DNA of 64,000 bases from Macrostomum lignano (lineage: Eukaryota): the NCBI GenBank assembly GCA_002269645.1, contig NIVC01000825.1, forward strand, positions 62,001-126,000, written 5' to 3'. Shown here in pieces: positions 12,703 to 25,790 of the stretch. Under the pieces are notes generated by a model, which was not told where the DNA came from, searched no databases, and saw nothing but the letters and a program-made list of their open reading frames with translations. How positions within the stretch are numbered: position 1 is the stretch's first letter; each line of letters starts with the position of its first letter. A program made the position numbers and the translations under genes.

Positions 12703-14629
12703 ATGCCAATCAGCATTAAACTGGGCATCGCAGGCCGACTGTTTACCGCTGCGTTGGCCTGCCGGACGTTGGCAGCAACCGTGCCAACAGGTCGCCTGTT
12801 CATCCAATCAACATCTCCGGAGGTTCCACTGTACGTGTACACTCCCATACCCGAGTCCGGCCTCGAGCCCAGAAATATTCACCTGTCTTTCGGCGACAAC
12901 GAGACCTCGGTGGTGGTGACCTGGAGTACGCGCAATGACACTCAGTCGCAGGTGCAGCTAATGAGCGTGCAGCCGCCAAATGCCACAGAGAAATTGTACA
13001 ACGGCAGCTCTACGATATTTGTGGACAGCGGAACGAAAAAAGCGACGCAATATGTGCACCGAGTGACCCTGCCCGACCTCGGCTGGGGCGGTCTGTTCAA
13101 GTAATTATTTGAATATTAAAATAATGGGGGGCCGTATCCTATAGAGGGTTGTAGCCTATAATGGTTATAGATCGAGCGTCGGACTCACGACTGAAAAGGT
13201 CGGAGGTTCGATTCTCGACCCACTCGAAACAATTTTTGTCCTTGAGCAAGCTGTAAAATGGGTGCCAGCATTAGCATTGCCATTAGGAGGGGCTGTGGCG
13301 ACCTCCCCCCCCCCAGTCCTTGGACTGAACAGCCGTACGCAGCCTTCAGATGCACCGCGCAATAGCTGCGGCGGAGCTGTCGGTAATAATAACTGTAATT
13401 ATTATGATTATTATACTTACTATTATTATTAGATATCAAGTAACAAATTGTCTGGCCTGGTTTCTTTTAGGAGTCAAGAGTGTCGATAGTATCTGTATAT
13501 AGCAGTAGTATATATATCCATCTCCATAAAAGTCTCAGCTCTTGTTTTCTCTCTTATCTCTTCTTTGCCCGCCAGCTGTCGGATTTCAATATTGTTTTTC
13601 ATAATATTCAAAACCATCTCTTTAAAACCGCGCAGATACCGCTGCGGTTCGCAAGCCACCGGATGGAGCGACTGGTTCGAGTTTCGCACCCCAAAGCGTG
13701 GCTTCTCCCCACGGTTGGCCATGTTCGGCGACATGGGGATGGTGAACGCTCAGTCGCTGCCTCGGCTGATGCAAGACGCCAGCGCCGGCATGTACGACGC
13801 CATTCTGCACGTTGGCGATTTCGCCTACGACATGCAAGAGCAGGACGGCGCCACTGGCGACCAGTTCATGCAGATGATTCAGCCCATTGCGGCTCGCCTG
13901 CCCTACATGACCTGCGTCGGCAACCACGAATTCATGTACAATTTCTCGCACTATAAAAACCGATTCACCATGCCGAAGGGCTTCGGCGGAGACGGCGAGA
14001 GCATGTTCTATTCGTTCGACCTCGGCCCGGCGCACATCATTGGCATCAGCACGGAGTTTTACTTCTTTGTCGAGTACGGCGTCGACCAGTTGAAGTCGCA
14101 GTACGACTGGCTGCAGGCGGATTTGGAGCGAGCCAGTAAAAACCGAGCCGCGAGGCCCTGGATAATCATTATGGGCCACCGGCCGATGTACTGCTCCAAT
14201 GACGACGGTGACGACTGCACGTTCGGTGCGCTGTTCATGCGCGAAGGCTTCCTGGCCCGCTGGTACCCGCTGGAGCCGCTGCTCCAAAAGTACGGCGTGG
14301 ATCTCGCGCTGTGGGCGCACGAGCACACCTACGAGAGGATGTGGCCGGTGACGCGTCTGGAGGTGCGCAACGGCAGCTGGGCGGAGCCGTACTCGGAGCC
14401 CCGCGGCACTGTGCACGTCGTCACTGGGTCGGCTGGTTGTCGAGAGCGTCACGACACCTTCGGGTCGCCGATGTACTATTCTGCGTTCCGCAGCACCGAC
14501 TATGGCTACACCCGGATGCAGATCTTCAACTCCACCCACCTCAGCCTGGAGCAGGTCAGCGACGATCAGCAGGGTCGAATCATAGACCGGATCACCATTG
14601 TGCAGCACAACCACGGACCTTTTCCCTGA
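12703..14629 (+). CDS. ACP7: Purple acid phosphatase, ACP7/PAPL type (~463 aa)
   Basis: Exon 1 12703-13100 (AA|GTAATT) and exon 2 13636-14629 (CGCAG|A) give ..GGLFKYRCGS... N-terminal PAP domain (EPRNIHLSFGD..VVVTWST..HRVTLPDL) and metallophosphoesterase motifs GDMG, GDFAY, GNHE, MGHRPMY, WAHEHTYER. Confidence 0.95.
13145..13430 (+). mobile_element. tRNA-derived SINE with a CORE-like block, in the ACP7 intron
   Basis: A box TAGCCTATAATGG (13152), B box GGTTCGATTC (13205), then GTCCTTGAGCAAG-CTGTAAAATGGG resembling the two ends of the CORE domain, and an (AAT/ATT)n tail. Confidence 0.7.
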
Positions 14630-15949
14630 CTCCACTTTTTGATTGTGTGACATTGATTTTAACAAACTGATTACCGTTGAGGAAGCAGTCTGTTTTTATA
14701 AAGCAGTCAATATTCTAATGTAGCTGCTGAGTCTCCTTCAATGAACATATATTAGTCATGTGACTGTCGTGATGTCCTAATTAAAAATTCGATTTTTTAC
14801 AAACAAATCTTGTCCTCTTTTAATGCGTGTCAAGTTTGAATTGGAATCTAATCAGCATCCTGTCAACTCGATTCGATTTTTCTAGGCCAGTTTTTTTTAC
14901 AATCTAACTTGGACTGTCTTAATCAGCAGTCGAAATTCATTCGGAAAAGCAAATCAATCAGTATTTTATCAACCCTCGCAAATGAACTCTTTAAAGAGCT
15001 ATTTTACTTGAAATATACGCAATGAAATGACGCTACTATCAACACCCGATGGGTTTTAAGCAAATTAATTGACCTTCTTGATTAGAAAATTGTAAAGATG
15101 TGACAAAAATACTATAAGCTACTATGCGTGATCAGTAATACAGGACTGCGTTCCCAAGGTGACACAATAAAAGAGAATGCAAGTGAAGTTTTTAGCATAA
15201 AGCCAGCTGCATACTGATAAAAAATATGCAACAAGAATTCAGCTACCAACCAGAAATTCATCCATATTTGGTACAATATAGACCTTGGCATCTAGCAAAC
15301 CGGAATTAGTTTTTTGTATACACATACACTGCGTCTATAGCCTACAGAAGACATGCTTCAACTAACTAGAGGAATACAGTTACTGGGAGAATTTCCTCAA
15401 GTGGCTGGTAGGGGGGGCACTGGGAGAATGGACGGGATCGGCAATCGAAAGCAGCACCTCAAGATTCTCTAGCAATCAGACTGAAATACTTGTTCCAGGC
15501 AGTTCCGCCAGATGCATCGGCGAATTCTGCATCCCACGGGTTCAATAGCTCCCCTCCCCCTCTTCTCCTGGATACCCCCTCAAGCAATCAATGGCGTGAA
15601 ATGCCGACTCAGGCTGAGAGCTTGTCTGCGGCGCACGGGCTGCTAAATAATGCAATGTGGGAAGGAAAGCTGGGGGCAGCATCTGCAGGCTTCTCTTTGC
15701 CCCGAATCCAAAGTTATCGATTGTGCCGCGGGGGCAGAACTGACGTGCACATGGGATTTTCCCGTATTTTCATCCCGTCCTAATGGATTTTTCAGGTGAA
15801 ACGCCCGTATTTTTGTTTGTTCACATAAACTACCTTGAACATGTGACCCCTAGATGTATACATGCGCTATTTATTGGGATTAGGATGTTTATCATTAGAA
15901 ACAGTTTGTTAGAAACTGCTGTTGGATGAAGGTTTATTTATGTCGAAAT

Positions 15950-17010
15950 TAGGGTGTTTAAGATCGGCATCAGGGTGTTTGGCATCGGGGATCAGGGTGT
16001 TTGGCATTGGGATCAGGGTGTTAGGCATTGGGATCAGAGTGTTTAGCATTGAGGATCAGGGTGTTTGGCATTGGGATCAGGGTGTTAGGCATTGGGATCA
16101 GAGTGTTTAGCATTGGGATCAGGGTGTTTAGCATTGGGATCAGGGTGTTTAGCATTGGGGATCAGGGTGTTTAGCATTGGGATCAGGGTGTTAGGCATTG
16201 GGATCAGAGTGTTTAGCATTGGGATCAGGGTGTTTAGCATTGGGATCAGGGTGTTTAGCATTGGGGATCAGGGTGTTTAGCATTGGGATCAGGGTGTTAG
16301 GCATTGGGATCAGAGTGTTTAGCATTGGGGATCAGGGTGTTTAGCATTGGGATCAGGGTGTTTAGCATTGGGGATCAGGGTGTTTAGCATTGGGATCAGG
16401 GTGTTTAGCATTGGGATCAGGGTGTTTAGCATTGGGATCAGGGTGTTTAGCATTGGGGATCAGGGTGTTTAGCATTGGGAGAGTGTTTAGCATTGGGATC
16501 AGAGTGTTTAGCATTGGGATCAGGGTGTTTAGCATTGGGATCAGGGTGTTTAGCATTGGGGATCAGGGTGTTTAGCATTGGGATCAGGGTGTTTAGCATT
16601 GGGGATCAGGGTGTTTAGCATTGGGGATCAGGGTGTTTAGCATTGGGGATCAGGGTGTTTAGCATTGGGATCAGGGTGTTTAGCATTGGGATCAGGGTGT
16701 TTAGCATTGGGATCAGGGTGTTTAGCATTGGGGATCAGGGTGTTTAGCATTGGGAGAGTGTTTAGCATTGGGATCAGAGTGTTTAGCATTGGGATCAGAG
16801 TGTTTAGCATTGGGATCAGGGTGTTTAGCATTGGATCAGGGTGTTTAGCATTGGGATCAGGGTGTTTAGCATTGGGATCAGGGTGTTTAGCATTGGGGAT
16901 CAGGGTGTTTAGCATTGGGATCAGAGTGTTTAGCATTGGGATCAGAGTGTTTAGCATTGGGATCAGGGTGTTTAGCATTGGGATCAGGGTGTTGAGCATG
17001 GGGATCAGTG
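15950..17010. repeat. 21-22 bp minisatellite (GTGTTTAGCATTGGGATCAGG), roughly 48 copies
   Basis: Read directly; 1-bp indels between units break any frame. Confidence 0.95.
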
Positions 17011-17747
17011 TTTGGAATCTACATTTGGCGTTCACATTTAAAATCTGGTGTAGGAAAGAACTTAAATTCGAGCCAAGATTTTAGCAAGCTGTTCTCTAAC
17101 AGTTCATTTTGGCCGCTCTTAGCTTTGAGAACTGGGCAGTTGCTACGGTCTATAATAGAACAAAGGCTATCAACTTACAGTACGAAAGCATTAACATTGA
17201 CTTTGCAGAGCTCTGTTTGCTCGTCTTTGCAAAGCCGGGAAAAATTTTCTGGAGGTTTTATCGGGTGCAGGCAAGTTTATGTATATTTAAGTAAATATAG
17301 TGAGGGAACAGTGCGCGTGGGGGTGTACAGTGCTGCGCTGGCTTGATTGGCAAAGTTGAAGTGGCCCTGGCTAGGGAGGCGGTGGGTGGTCTCAGCTCAG
17401 GCAGTCTATTTGAACCCTTCAAACCAATTCAGAGCAGCTCCAGTCCGATTCCAGCGCGAACTTTTCTCTCCATTCTCATGGACATGTGAGTGCCCTGTGT
17501 TCAATATAAAATGTCTTCAATGAGCCGCCCCCCAACCTCCGCGTACCGATTGGTCCTCAGCTATCATCTGTCCAGCAAGGGAGAGCCAGAACAGTGCGCA
17601 GTTAAAAGGCTCAGGACCCCTCAACTCCGACTCACACAGCCTCTCCTAAGCAATCATCTTTTTCTTACTGCACTAAGCAGCCAGACTGTGTTACCAGCAA
17701 CAGTTCTAACATCCAACAGGTTTCTGGACGCATCAAAGTCTGCAGGA

Positions 17748-20700
17748 ATGATGCTTCAGCAGCCACCGCAACAGCAGCAGGCTCGTTCTTACGTTGCCAC
17801 TTCCTCATTCTACACCGACAATTTCTCAGCGCCGCCAGGTTACAACGTCGCTCGCCTGTGCCTGACAAGACAACGAAGATACCAGCTGCTCAGGCTGGGG
17901 TTCGCGATGCTCAGTCTTGTGCTGCTGTGCGGTGCCGCTGTTGGATGCGTGTGGCTCGTCAGCGGCCGTGTCGGCTCCTGGCCCGACTACTTGACGCAAT
18001 CCAGTCGCCGTAACCATAATCAACTGAAGTCTGCTCTGGGTGATGAAGCCGAGGAAGCCGATCTTGACCGACCGAGCGAGGACGGTCGAAAATATTTCGC
18101 TTCAAATCTGAGCACCCTGATGGCTGGCGGCTGGCCTCCTGAGGCCAGGTTTCACCGTGAGCACTGCCAGCTGCCGTCTGGAGGCGTGCGAGTGACGTGG
18201 GACAGAGTGACACGGGGCAGAGAGTGACATGGGACAGAGAGTGACATTGAACAGAGAGTGACATTGAACAGAGAGTGACATTGAACAGAGAGTGACATTG
18301 AACAGAGAGTGACATTGAATAGAGAGTGACATTGAACAGAGAGTGACATTGAACAGAGAGTGACATTGAACAGTGACATGGGACAGAGAGTGACATAAGA
18401 CAGAGAGTGACATGGGGTAGAGAGTGGCAGAGATTTGCCCCAGTCTAATAGTAACTGATTACATCCAATCTTGAAGGCGGATATTACCCTAGCAAGTACT
18501 ATCGTTATTAAGATAATAAAAATGGCCTGATACAGCCTCGAAATTGCAAAATTCATTTTCAGCCACGCCATTTCAATCCACTGTCGCAGTCCTCAACGAC
18601 ACCGTCTACTGCGACGCCCCCGCTGCAGAGGACTCCAGACTGGTGTATGCCGAGCCCACGTGGATGTGCAAAAATATTCGGTAATTACATCCTTAGTTAC
18701 TCCTTATTAATCTTATTAATTGTGTTTATGGATTCTTTAATGATAGATACATTATCTAACTCCTTACTCACATTCCCTACCTGTCACATTCCCTACATGT
18801 CGCATTCCCTACCTGTCACATTCCCTACATGTCGCATTCCTACCTGTCACATTCCTTACATGTCACATTCCTTACATGTCACATTCCCTACATGTCACAT
18901 TCCCTACATGTCACATTCCCTACATGTCACATTCCCTACATGTCACATTCCCTACAAGTCACATTCCCTGCAAGTCACATTCCCTACATGTCACATTCCC
19001 TACATGTCACATTCCCCACCTGTCACATTCCCTACATGTCACATTCCCTACATGTCACATTCCTTACATGTCACATTCCCTACATGTCACATTCCTTACA
19101 TGTTACATTCCCTACATGTCACATTCCCTATAAGTCACATTCCCTACATGTCACATTCCCTACAAGTCACATTCCCTTACATGTCACATTCCCTACATGT
19201 CACATTCCTTACATGTCACATTCCCTACATGTCACATTCCCTACATGTCACATTCCCTACATGTCACATTCCCTACCTGTCACATTCCCTACCTGTCACA
19301 TTCCCTACCTGTCACATTCCCTACCTGTCACATTCCCTACATGTCACATTCCCTACATGTCACATTCCCTACATGTCACATTCCCTACAAGTCACATTCC
19401 CTACAAGTCACATTCCCTACATGTCACATTCTCTACATGTCACATTCCCTACATGTCACATTCCCTACAAGTCACATTCCCTACATGTCACATTCCCTAC
19501 ATGTCACATTCCCTACACTAAAATTTGCTTATTTAATTTCAACTCCCGTTGAGAGTGGCTTTCGGCTGCAATTAGAATCAAACCGAATTGCAGTGCTTTG
19601 TGTAACTGCATCATTTTCCCACTGTATAACTCCGCGCCTTTAATCTGCAATGCAACGCTCTTTGATGCTCTGTGAACTTACAGAGCTAAGGTGACGCGTG
19701 CAACAGGTGCAAAAGAAAAGTACAAAACTGCATGAAAATAACAACCCAGATTCGTGTGTGGGGAGTTTTCTGTTGGTGATCGGCGATTCGTGAGATGGGT
19801 TGTATTATGATCGTTTTCATTTTCATTGCCCGACTTTACGAACAGGAGAGTGGCTATAGAGTAGATAGTGGAAAAAATGAGAGAGTGACCAGACATGAGA
19901 GAGTGACCAGACAAAAGAGAGTGACCAGACAGAGAGAGTGACCAGACAAGAGAGAGAGAGTGTCCAGACAAGAGAGAGTGACCAGACAAGAGAGAGTGAC
20001 CAGACAAGAGAGAGTGACCAGACAAGAGAGAGTGACCAGACAAGAGAGAGTGACAAGATATGAGAGAGTGACCAGACAAAAGAGAGTGATCAGACAAGAG
20101 AGAGTGACCAGACAAGAGAGAGTGACCAGACAAGAGAGAGTGACCAGACAAGAGAGAGTGACCAGACAAGAGAGAGTGACCAGACAAGAGAGAGTGACAA
20201 GACAAGAGAGAGTGACCAGACAAGAGAGAGTGACCAGACAAGAGAGAGTGACCAGACAAGAGAGAGTGACCAGACAAGAGAGAGTGACCAGACAAGAGAG
20301 AGTGACCAGACAAGAGAGAGTGACCAGACAAGAGAGAGTGACCAGACAAGAGAGAGTGACCAAACAAGAGAGAGTGACTAGAAAAGAGAATAACATTCGT
20401 GACTAGACAATAATGACCAGACAAGAGAGAGTGACAATACGTTAGATAGTGAGTGACCAGACACGAGTGACAATGCACAACAGAGTGACAATACACGAGA
20501 CAATACACTAGAGGAGTGACTAGATATGAGATGGAGTAACATATTGTAAGCAAGCTAATTTCCCCAGAGTAGTGCAAAAATGCATTGAATTGGCTAGTTC
20601 GATCTGTAGGGAAGGTTCCACAAAAGAAGCCAAATTGAATTCCTACCCTGATTTATTTCAATCGTTTTCCCACTTTCGTTATAGAGATATTTTTGTATCC

Positions 20701-22385
20701 ACCAGCTCCCCTGTACTCGTGGCTCAGCCAAAAGCCTATCAGATTTCAATAGCGCCCAGCTATTCTCTCTCACCATCCAATCTTTTTGCCTCATCTGGAT
20801 AGAAGTTTTTGGAATCATGTTTTTGGCCCAGTAGGGGACAGGGAAGATCAGCTGTAGCAACCACCGGGGGGGGGGTTAACTTGCAGTTTGACTGCGGGGG
20901 GGGGTTAATTAGGAGCTGAGGAATAGGCATCGATCTGGAACACAGTTGCTGGCCAGGGGTTCTATTTCAATGCAAATTGGGTGTCCTCAGGGCTTTTTAG
21001 TGCTGTACGAGCGTAGTAATACATTTCTAATGTCCTTCAGATGTGCTTGTATCTAAAATAAGAAATTGACTCTGAGGTCAGCTGCACAGTTACCTGCATC
21101 TCAGGTGTACAGTTACCTGCATCTCAGGTGTACAGTTACCTGCATCTCAGGTGTACAGTTACCTGCATCTCAGGTGTACAGTTACCTGCATCTCAGGTGT
21201 ACAGTTACCTACATCTCAGGTGTACAGTTACCTACATCTCAGGTGTGCAGTTACCTACATCTCAGGTGTACAGTTACCTACATCTCAGGTGTACAGTTAC
21301 CTGCATCTCAGGTGTACAGTTACCTGCATCTCAGGTGTACAGTTACCTACATCTCAGGTGTGCAGTTACCTACATCTCAGGTGTACAGTTACCTGCATCT
21401 CAGGTGTACAGTTACCTGCATCTCAGGTGTACAGTAACCTCATCATCCTCGTCTCACCCAGCCTGCTCCAAAGCCCCTGCTCTCCATTTCCGCATGTGCC
21501 CCGCAGTGTCGGAGACTCCGGCCGGCTGCCATTCAGCGACGCCACCAGCAGCCCGCTCGAGGAGCTGCTGATCAGCCGGCACCAGGAGATGCACGGCGAG
21601 TATCCCGTTGTTGGCGACTCGTGCGGCCGCCTGTCTGACCGTCGCAACAACGTGCTGCTGCTGTGCGAGCTGATGCTTGACGAGGAGGCCAGGGCGGCGG
21701 GGCTGGCGAACTCCAAGCAGGGCCGCCTGCATGGATTGCATTTTCGGGCTTCGTCAGTTCATGTGAGAACTGGGTGCTGCTACCTGTGTATACAATGCAG
21801 TGCCCTGTGTGTACAATGCAGTGCTCTGTGTACAATGTAGTGCTCTGTGTGTAAAATGTAGTGCTCTGTGTGTAAAATGTAGTGCTCTGTGTGTACAATG
21901 CAGTGCTCTGTGTGTACAATGCAGTGCTCTGTGTGTACAATGCAGTGCCCTGTGTGTACAATGCAGTGCTCTGTGTGTACAATGCAGTGCCCTGTGTGTA
22001 CAATGCAGTGCTCTGTGTGTACAATGCAGTGCTCTGTGTGTACAATGCAGTGCTCTGTGTGTACAATGCAGTGCTCTGTGTGTAAAATGCAGTGCTCTGT
22101 GTGTACAATGCAGTGCTCTGTGTGTACAATGCAGTGCTCTGTGTGTACAATGCAGTGCTCTGTGTGTACAATGCAGTGCCCTGTGTGTACAATGCAGCTC
22201 CCTGTGTGTGCACAGTGCATTGCTCTGTTGCTTCAACCCCGCAGATACCCTATGGCAACTGTTCATTGCCTGAACGGAAGCGAACAATACTGGTTGGCAT
22301 GACAACCAGCGACGCCGCATGGTACAAGGAGAATCTCTGGAAGCCCGGCTTTGTAACAGATATTTTATGTTCATTTTCTGGCTAA
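17748..22385 (+). CDS. Four-exon type II single-pass membrane protein, unknown family (~298 aa; an in-frame ATG at 17511 is an alternative start)
   Basis: Exons 17748-18156 (C|GTGAGC), 18590-18680 (CG|GTAATT), 21507-21762 (CAT|GTGAGA) and 22245-22385 are phase-compatible. One hydrophobic segment LGFAMLSLVLLCGAAVGCVWLV follows the basic RQRRY; the luminal part has ~6 Cys. Confidence 0.7.
18195..18425. repeat. 17-bp minisatellite (GTGACATTGAACAGAGA), intron 1 of the type II membrane gene
   Basis: Read directly, ~13 copies. Confidence 0.9.
18765..19517. repeat. 16-bp minisatellite (TGTCACATTCCCTACA), ~46 copies, intronic
   Basis: Read directly. Confidence 0.95.
19880..20400. repeat. 18-bp minisatellite (GAGAGTGACCAGACAAGA), ~28 copies, intronic
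   Basis: Read directly. Confidence 0.95.
21083..21433. repeat. 23-bp minisatellite (CATCTCAGGTGTACAGTTACCTG), ~15 copies, intronic
   Basis: Read directly; each unit carries the inverted repeat CAGGT..ACCTG. Confidence 0.95.
21786..22200. repeat. 21-bp minisatellite (GTGTACAATGCAGTGCTCTGT), ~20 copies, intronic
   Basis: Read directly; fills nearly all of intron 3. Confidence 0.95.
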
Positions 22386-22714
22386 TTTGCATTTTTTCAA
22401 CAAGTCGCGCAGAGCTTAACTGCTAGATTAGTACACTAATCCTATATGATTTATTACTTGTAGGGGACAGATTGTATGAACGATCCTTCGCTGCAGACTT
22501 GCTCATTTATTGGCAATCATTTTATTTTATTCGCGAGCTTATTTTATTGTATTGAGAACAATCATATTTGATGTTTTATCTTCTCATCTGCGAATCGATA
22601 TAGGGCTAATCATGCAATAAATGTTCTGAACTTGCTCGGCCAATGTTGTTCTGAAAGCGAATCTGAGTCAAAGAGTCAAGGACTGGTGAAGTATTGATTT
22701 TATTATCAAAACTT

Positions 22715-24350
22715 GATTTTAAGTTTTGAATTTTGTGGAGTTTTGATTTTGTGAAGTTTTGAGCTTTTGAAGTTTTGATTTTGTAAAGTTTTGATTTTGT
22801 AAAGTTTTGATTTTGTTGAGTTTTGATTTTGTTGAGTTTTGATTTTGTGAAGTTTTGAGCTTTTGAAGTTGTGATTTTGTGAAGTTTTGATTTTGTTGAG
22901 TTTTGATTTTGCGGAGTTTTGATTTTGTGAAGTTTTGACTTTGTGAAGTTTTGATTTTGTGAAGTTTTGATTTTGTGAAGTTTTGAGCTTTTGAAGTTGT
23001 GATTTTGTGAAGTTTTGATTTTGTTGAGTTTTGATTTTGCGGAGTTTTGATTTTGTGAAGTTTTGACTTTGTGAAGTTTTGATTTTGTGAAGTTTTGATT
23101 TTGTGAAGTTTTGAGCTTTTGAAGTTGTGATTTTGTGAAGTTTTGATTTTGTTGAGTTTTGATTTTGCGGAGTTTTGACTTTGTGAAGTTTTGACTTTGT
23201 GAAGTTTTGATTTTGTGAAGTTTTGATTTTGTGAAGTTTTGATTTTTTGAAATTTTGATTTTGTGAAGTTTTGAGCTTTTGAAGTTGTGATTTTGTGAAG
23301 TTTTGAGCTTTTGAAGTTGTGATTTTGTGAAGTTGTGATTTTGTGAAGTTTTGATTTTGTGAAGTTTTGATTTTGTTGAGTTTTGATTTTGTGGAGTTTT
23401 GATTTTGCGGAGTTTTGATTTTGTGAAGTTTTGATTTTGTGGAGTTTTGATTTTGTGAAGTTTTGAGCTTTTGAAGTTGTGATTTTGTGAAGTTTTGATT
23501 TTGTTGAGTTTTGATTTTGCGGAGTTTTGATTTTGTGAAGTTTTGACTTTGTGAAGTTTTGATTTTGTGAAGTTTTGATTTTGTGAAGTTTTGAGCTTTT
23601 GAAGTTGTGATTTTGTGAAGTTTTGATTTTGTTGAGTTTTGATTTTGCGGAGTTTTGACTTTGTGAAGTTTTGACTTTGTGAAGTTTTGATTTTGTGAAG
23701 TTTTGATTTTGTGAAGTTTTGATTTTTTGAAATTTTGATTTTGTGAAGTTTTGAGCTTTTGAAGTTGTGATTTTGTGAAGTTTTGAGCTTTTGAAGTTGT
23801 GATTTTGTGAAGTTGTGATTTTGTGAAGTTTTGATTTTGTGAAGTTTTGATTTTGTTGAGTTTTGATTTTGTGGAGTTTTGATTTTGCGGAGTTTTGATT
23901 TTGTGAAGTTTTGATTTTGTGGAGTTTTGATTTTGTGAAGTTTTGAGCTTTTGAAGTTGTGATTTTGTGAAGTTGTGATTTTGTGAAGTTTTGATTTTGT
24001 TGAGTTTTGATTTTGTGGAGTTTTGATTTTGCGGAGTTTTGATTTTGTGGAATTTTGATTTTGCGGAGTTTTGATTTTGTGAAATTTTGATTTTGTGAAG
24101 TTTTGATTTCGTGGAGTTTTGATTTTGTGAAGTTTTGAGCTTTTGAAGTTTTGATTTTGTGAAGTTTTGATTTTGTAAAGTTTTGATTTTGTTGAGTTTT
24201 GATTTTGTGAAGTTTTGAGCTTTTGAAGTTTTGATTTTGTTGAGTTTTGATTTTGCGGAGTTTTGATTTTGTGAAGTTTTGATTTTGTGAAGTTTTGATT
24301 TAGAGCTGGAAGTTTTGATTTAGGGAACTTTTGATTTTGAGAAGTTTTGA
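22715..24350. repeat. 16-bp satellite (TTTTGTGAAGTTTTGA), ~100 copies with a 480-bp higher-order duplication
   Basis: Lines starting 23041 and 23521 are identical (offset 480 = 30 units). Confidence 0.95.
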
Positions 24351-25002
24351 GCTTGGCAAAGCGACCCGCGGGCATCGGATAACCTCCTATCCAAGGTGCT
24401 TATTGTTTTAAAAGTCCATGAGCGGAGAAAAGGAAAGGCAGCCAGGTTTTCCGAGACAGCTCCAGTTTCAATTTTCCTCTAGAAGAGAAGCAAGGGCGGT
24501 GCAAATAAGTTGAGAGCTGCGGAGACAGACTTACGGAGCTTTCATTCTTCATCCTTGCTGCCGCATCCGTTCTCAGCCTGAGCAGGGCGAGGAGGACACG
24601 GAAAATCGATTGCGAAGGCAAACAAAGGCGTGGGAGGCTCCGGTTGACATCGCCTTGTTCGAGTGGAAGCTCAGCTGCGGGGAACTGGCTGGCGTGGGAA
24701 GAATTTCCTTGCATTTGCTTCCATCTGGTTGTTCCCACCTCTGTCTCTCTCTCTCTCTTTCTCTCTTTGCCCCTAAGATGCAGACGAAAAGCAACTATTG
24801 CTTTTAGAATCTTCTTGTGCATAATAACATATTATCGCTATAGTACCATTGCCAGCATTACTAGTAATCATCGCCCCCCTTTAAATGAAATAGAAATTTT
24901 CGATTAACAATACGCGTAGAAAGCCTGGTACAGTTTCTTTGGGATTATGATGTTAAAAGCAAAAGAGCGCCAGGCCTGAAAGACATCAGCAACCCTTTGA
25001 GC

Positions 25003-25790
25003 CTCAGCAATCCTCCCCGTGAGCCATGGCATCTCAGCAATCCTCCCCGTGAGCCATGGCATCTCAGCAATCCTCCCTGTGAGCCATGGCATCTCATCAA
25101 TCCTCCCCGTGAGCCATGGCATCTCATCAATCCTCCCCGTGAGCCATGGCATCTCAGCAATCCTCCCCGTGAGCCATGGCATCTCAGCAATCCTCCCCGT
25201 GAGCCATGGCATCTCAGCAATCCTCCCCGTGAGCCATGGCATCTCAGCAATCCTCCCTGTGAGCCATGGCATCTCATCAATCCTCCCCGTGAGCCATGGC
25301 ATCTCATCAATCCTCCCCGTGAGCCATGGCATCTCAGCAATCCTCCCTGTGAGCCATGGCATCTCAGCAATCCTCCCCGTGAGCCATGGCATCTCAGCAA
25401 TCCTCCCCGTGAGCCATGGCATCTCAGCAATCCTCCCCGTGAGCCATGGCATCTCATCAATCCTCCCTGTGAGCCATGGCATCTCATCAATCCTCCCCGT
25501 GAGCCATGGCATCTCAGCAATCCTCCCCGTGAGCCATGGCATCTCATCAATCCTCCCCGTGAGCCATGGCATCTCATCAATCCTCCCCGTGAGCCATGGC
25601 ATCCCATCAATCCTCCCCGTGAGCCATGGCATCTCAGCAATCCTCCCCGTGAGCCATGGCATCCCATCAATCCTCCCCGTGAGCCATGGCATCTCAGCAA
25701 TCCTCCCCGTGAGTCATGGCATCTCAGCAATCCTCCCCGTGAGCCATGGCATCTCATCAATCCTCCCCGTGAGCCATGGCATCTCAGCAA
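25003..25790. repeat. 30-bp minisatellite (ATCTCAGCAATCCTCCCCGTGAGCCATGGC), ~26 copies
   Basis: Read directly; very homogeneous. Confidence 0.95.

Noticed and set aside
13622-14665. 347-aa - strand ORF
   Set aside because: Antisense shadow of the GC-rich ACP7 exon.
22606-24375. 589-aa Lys/Gln/Asn-rich ORF
   Set aside because: Translation of a 16-bp satellite whose A-rich strand lacks stop codons in one frame; no splice or domain support.
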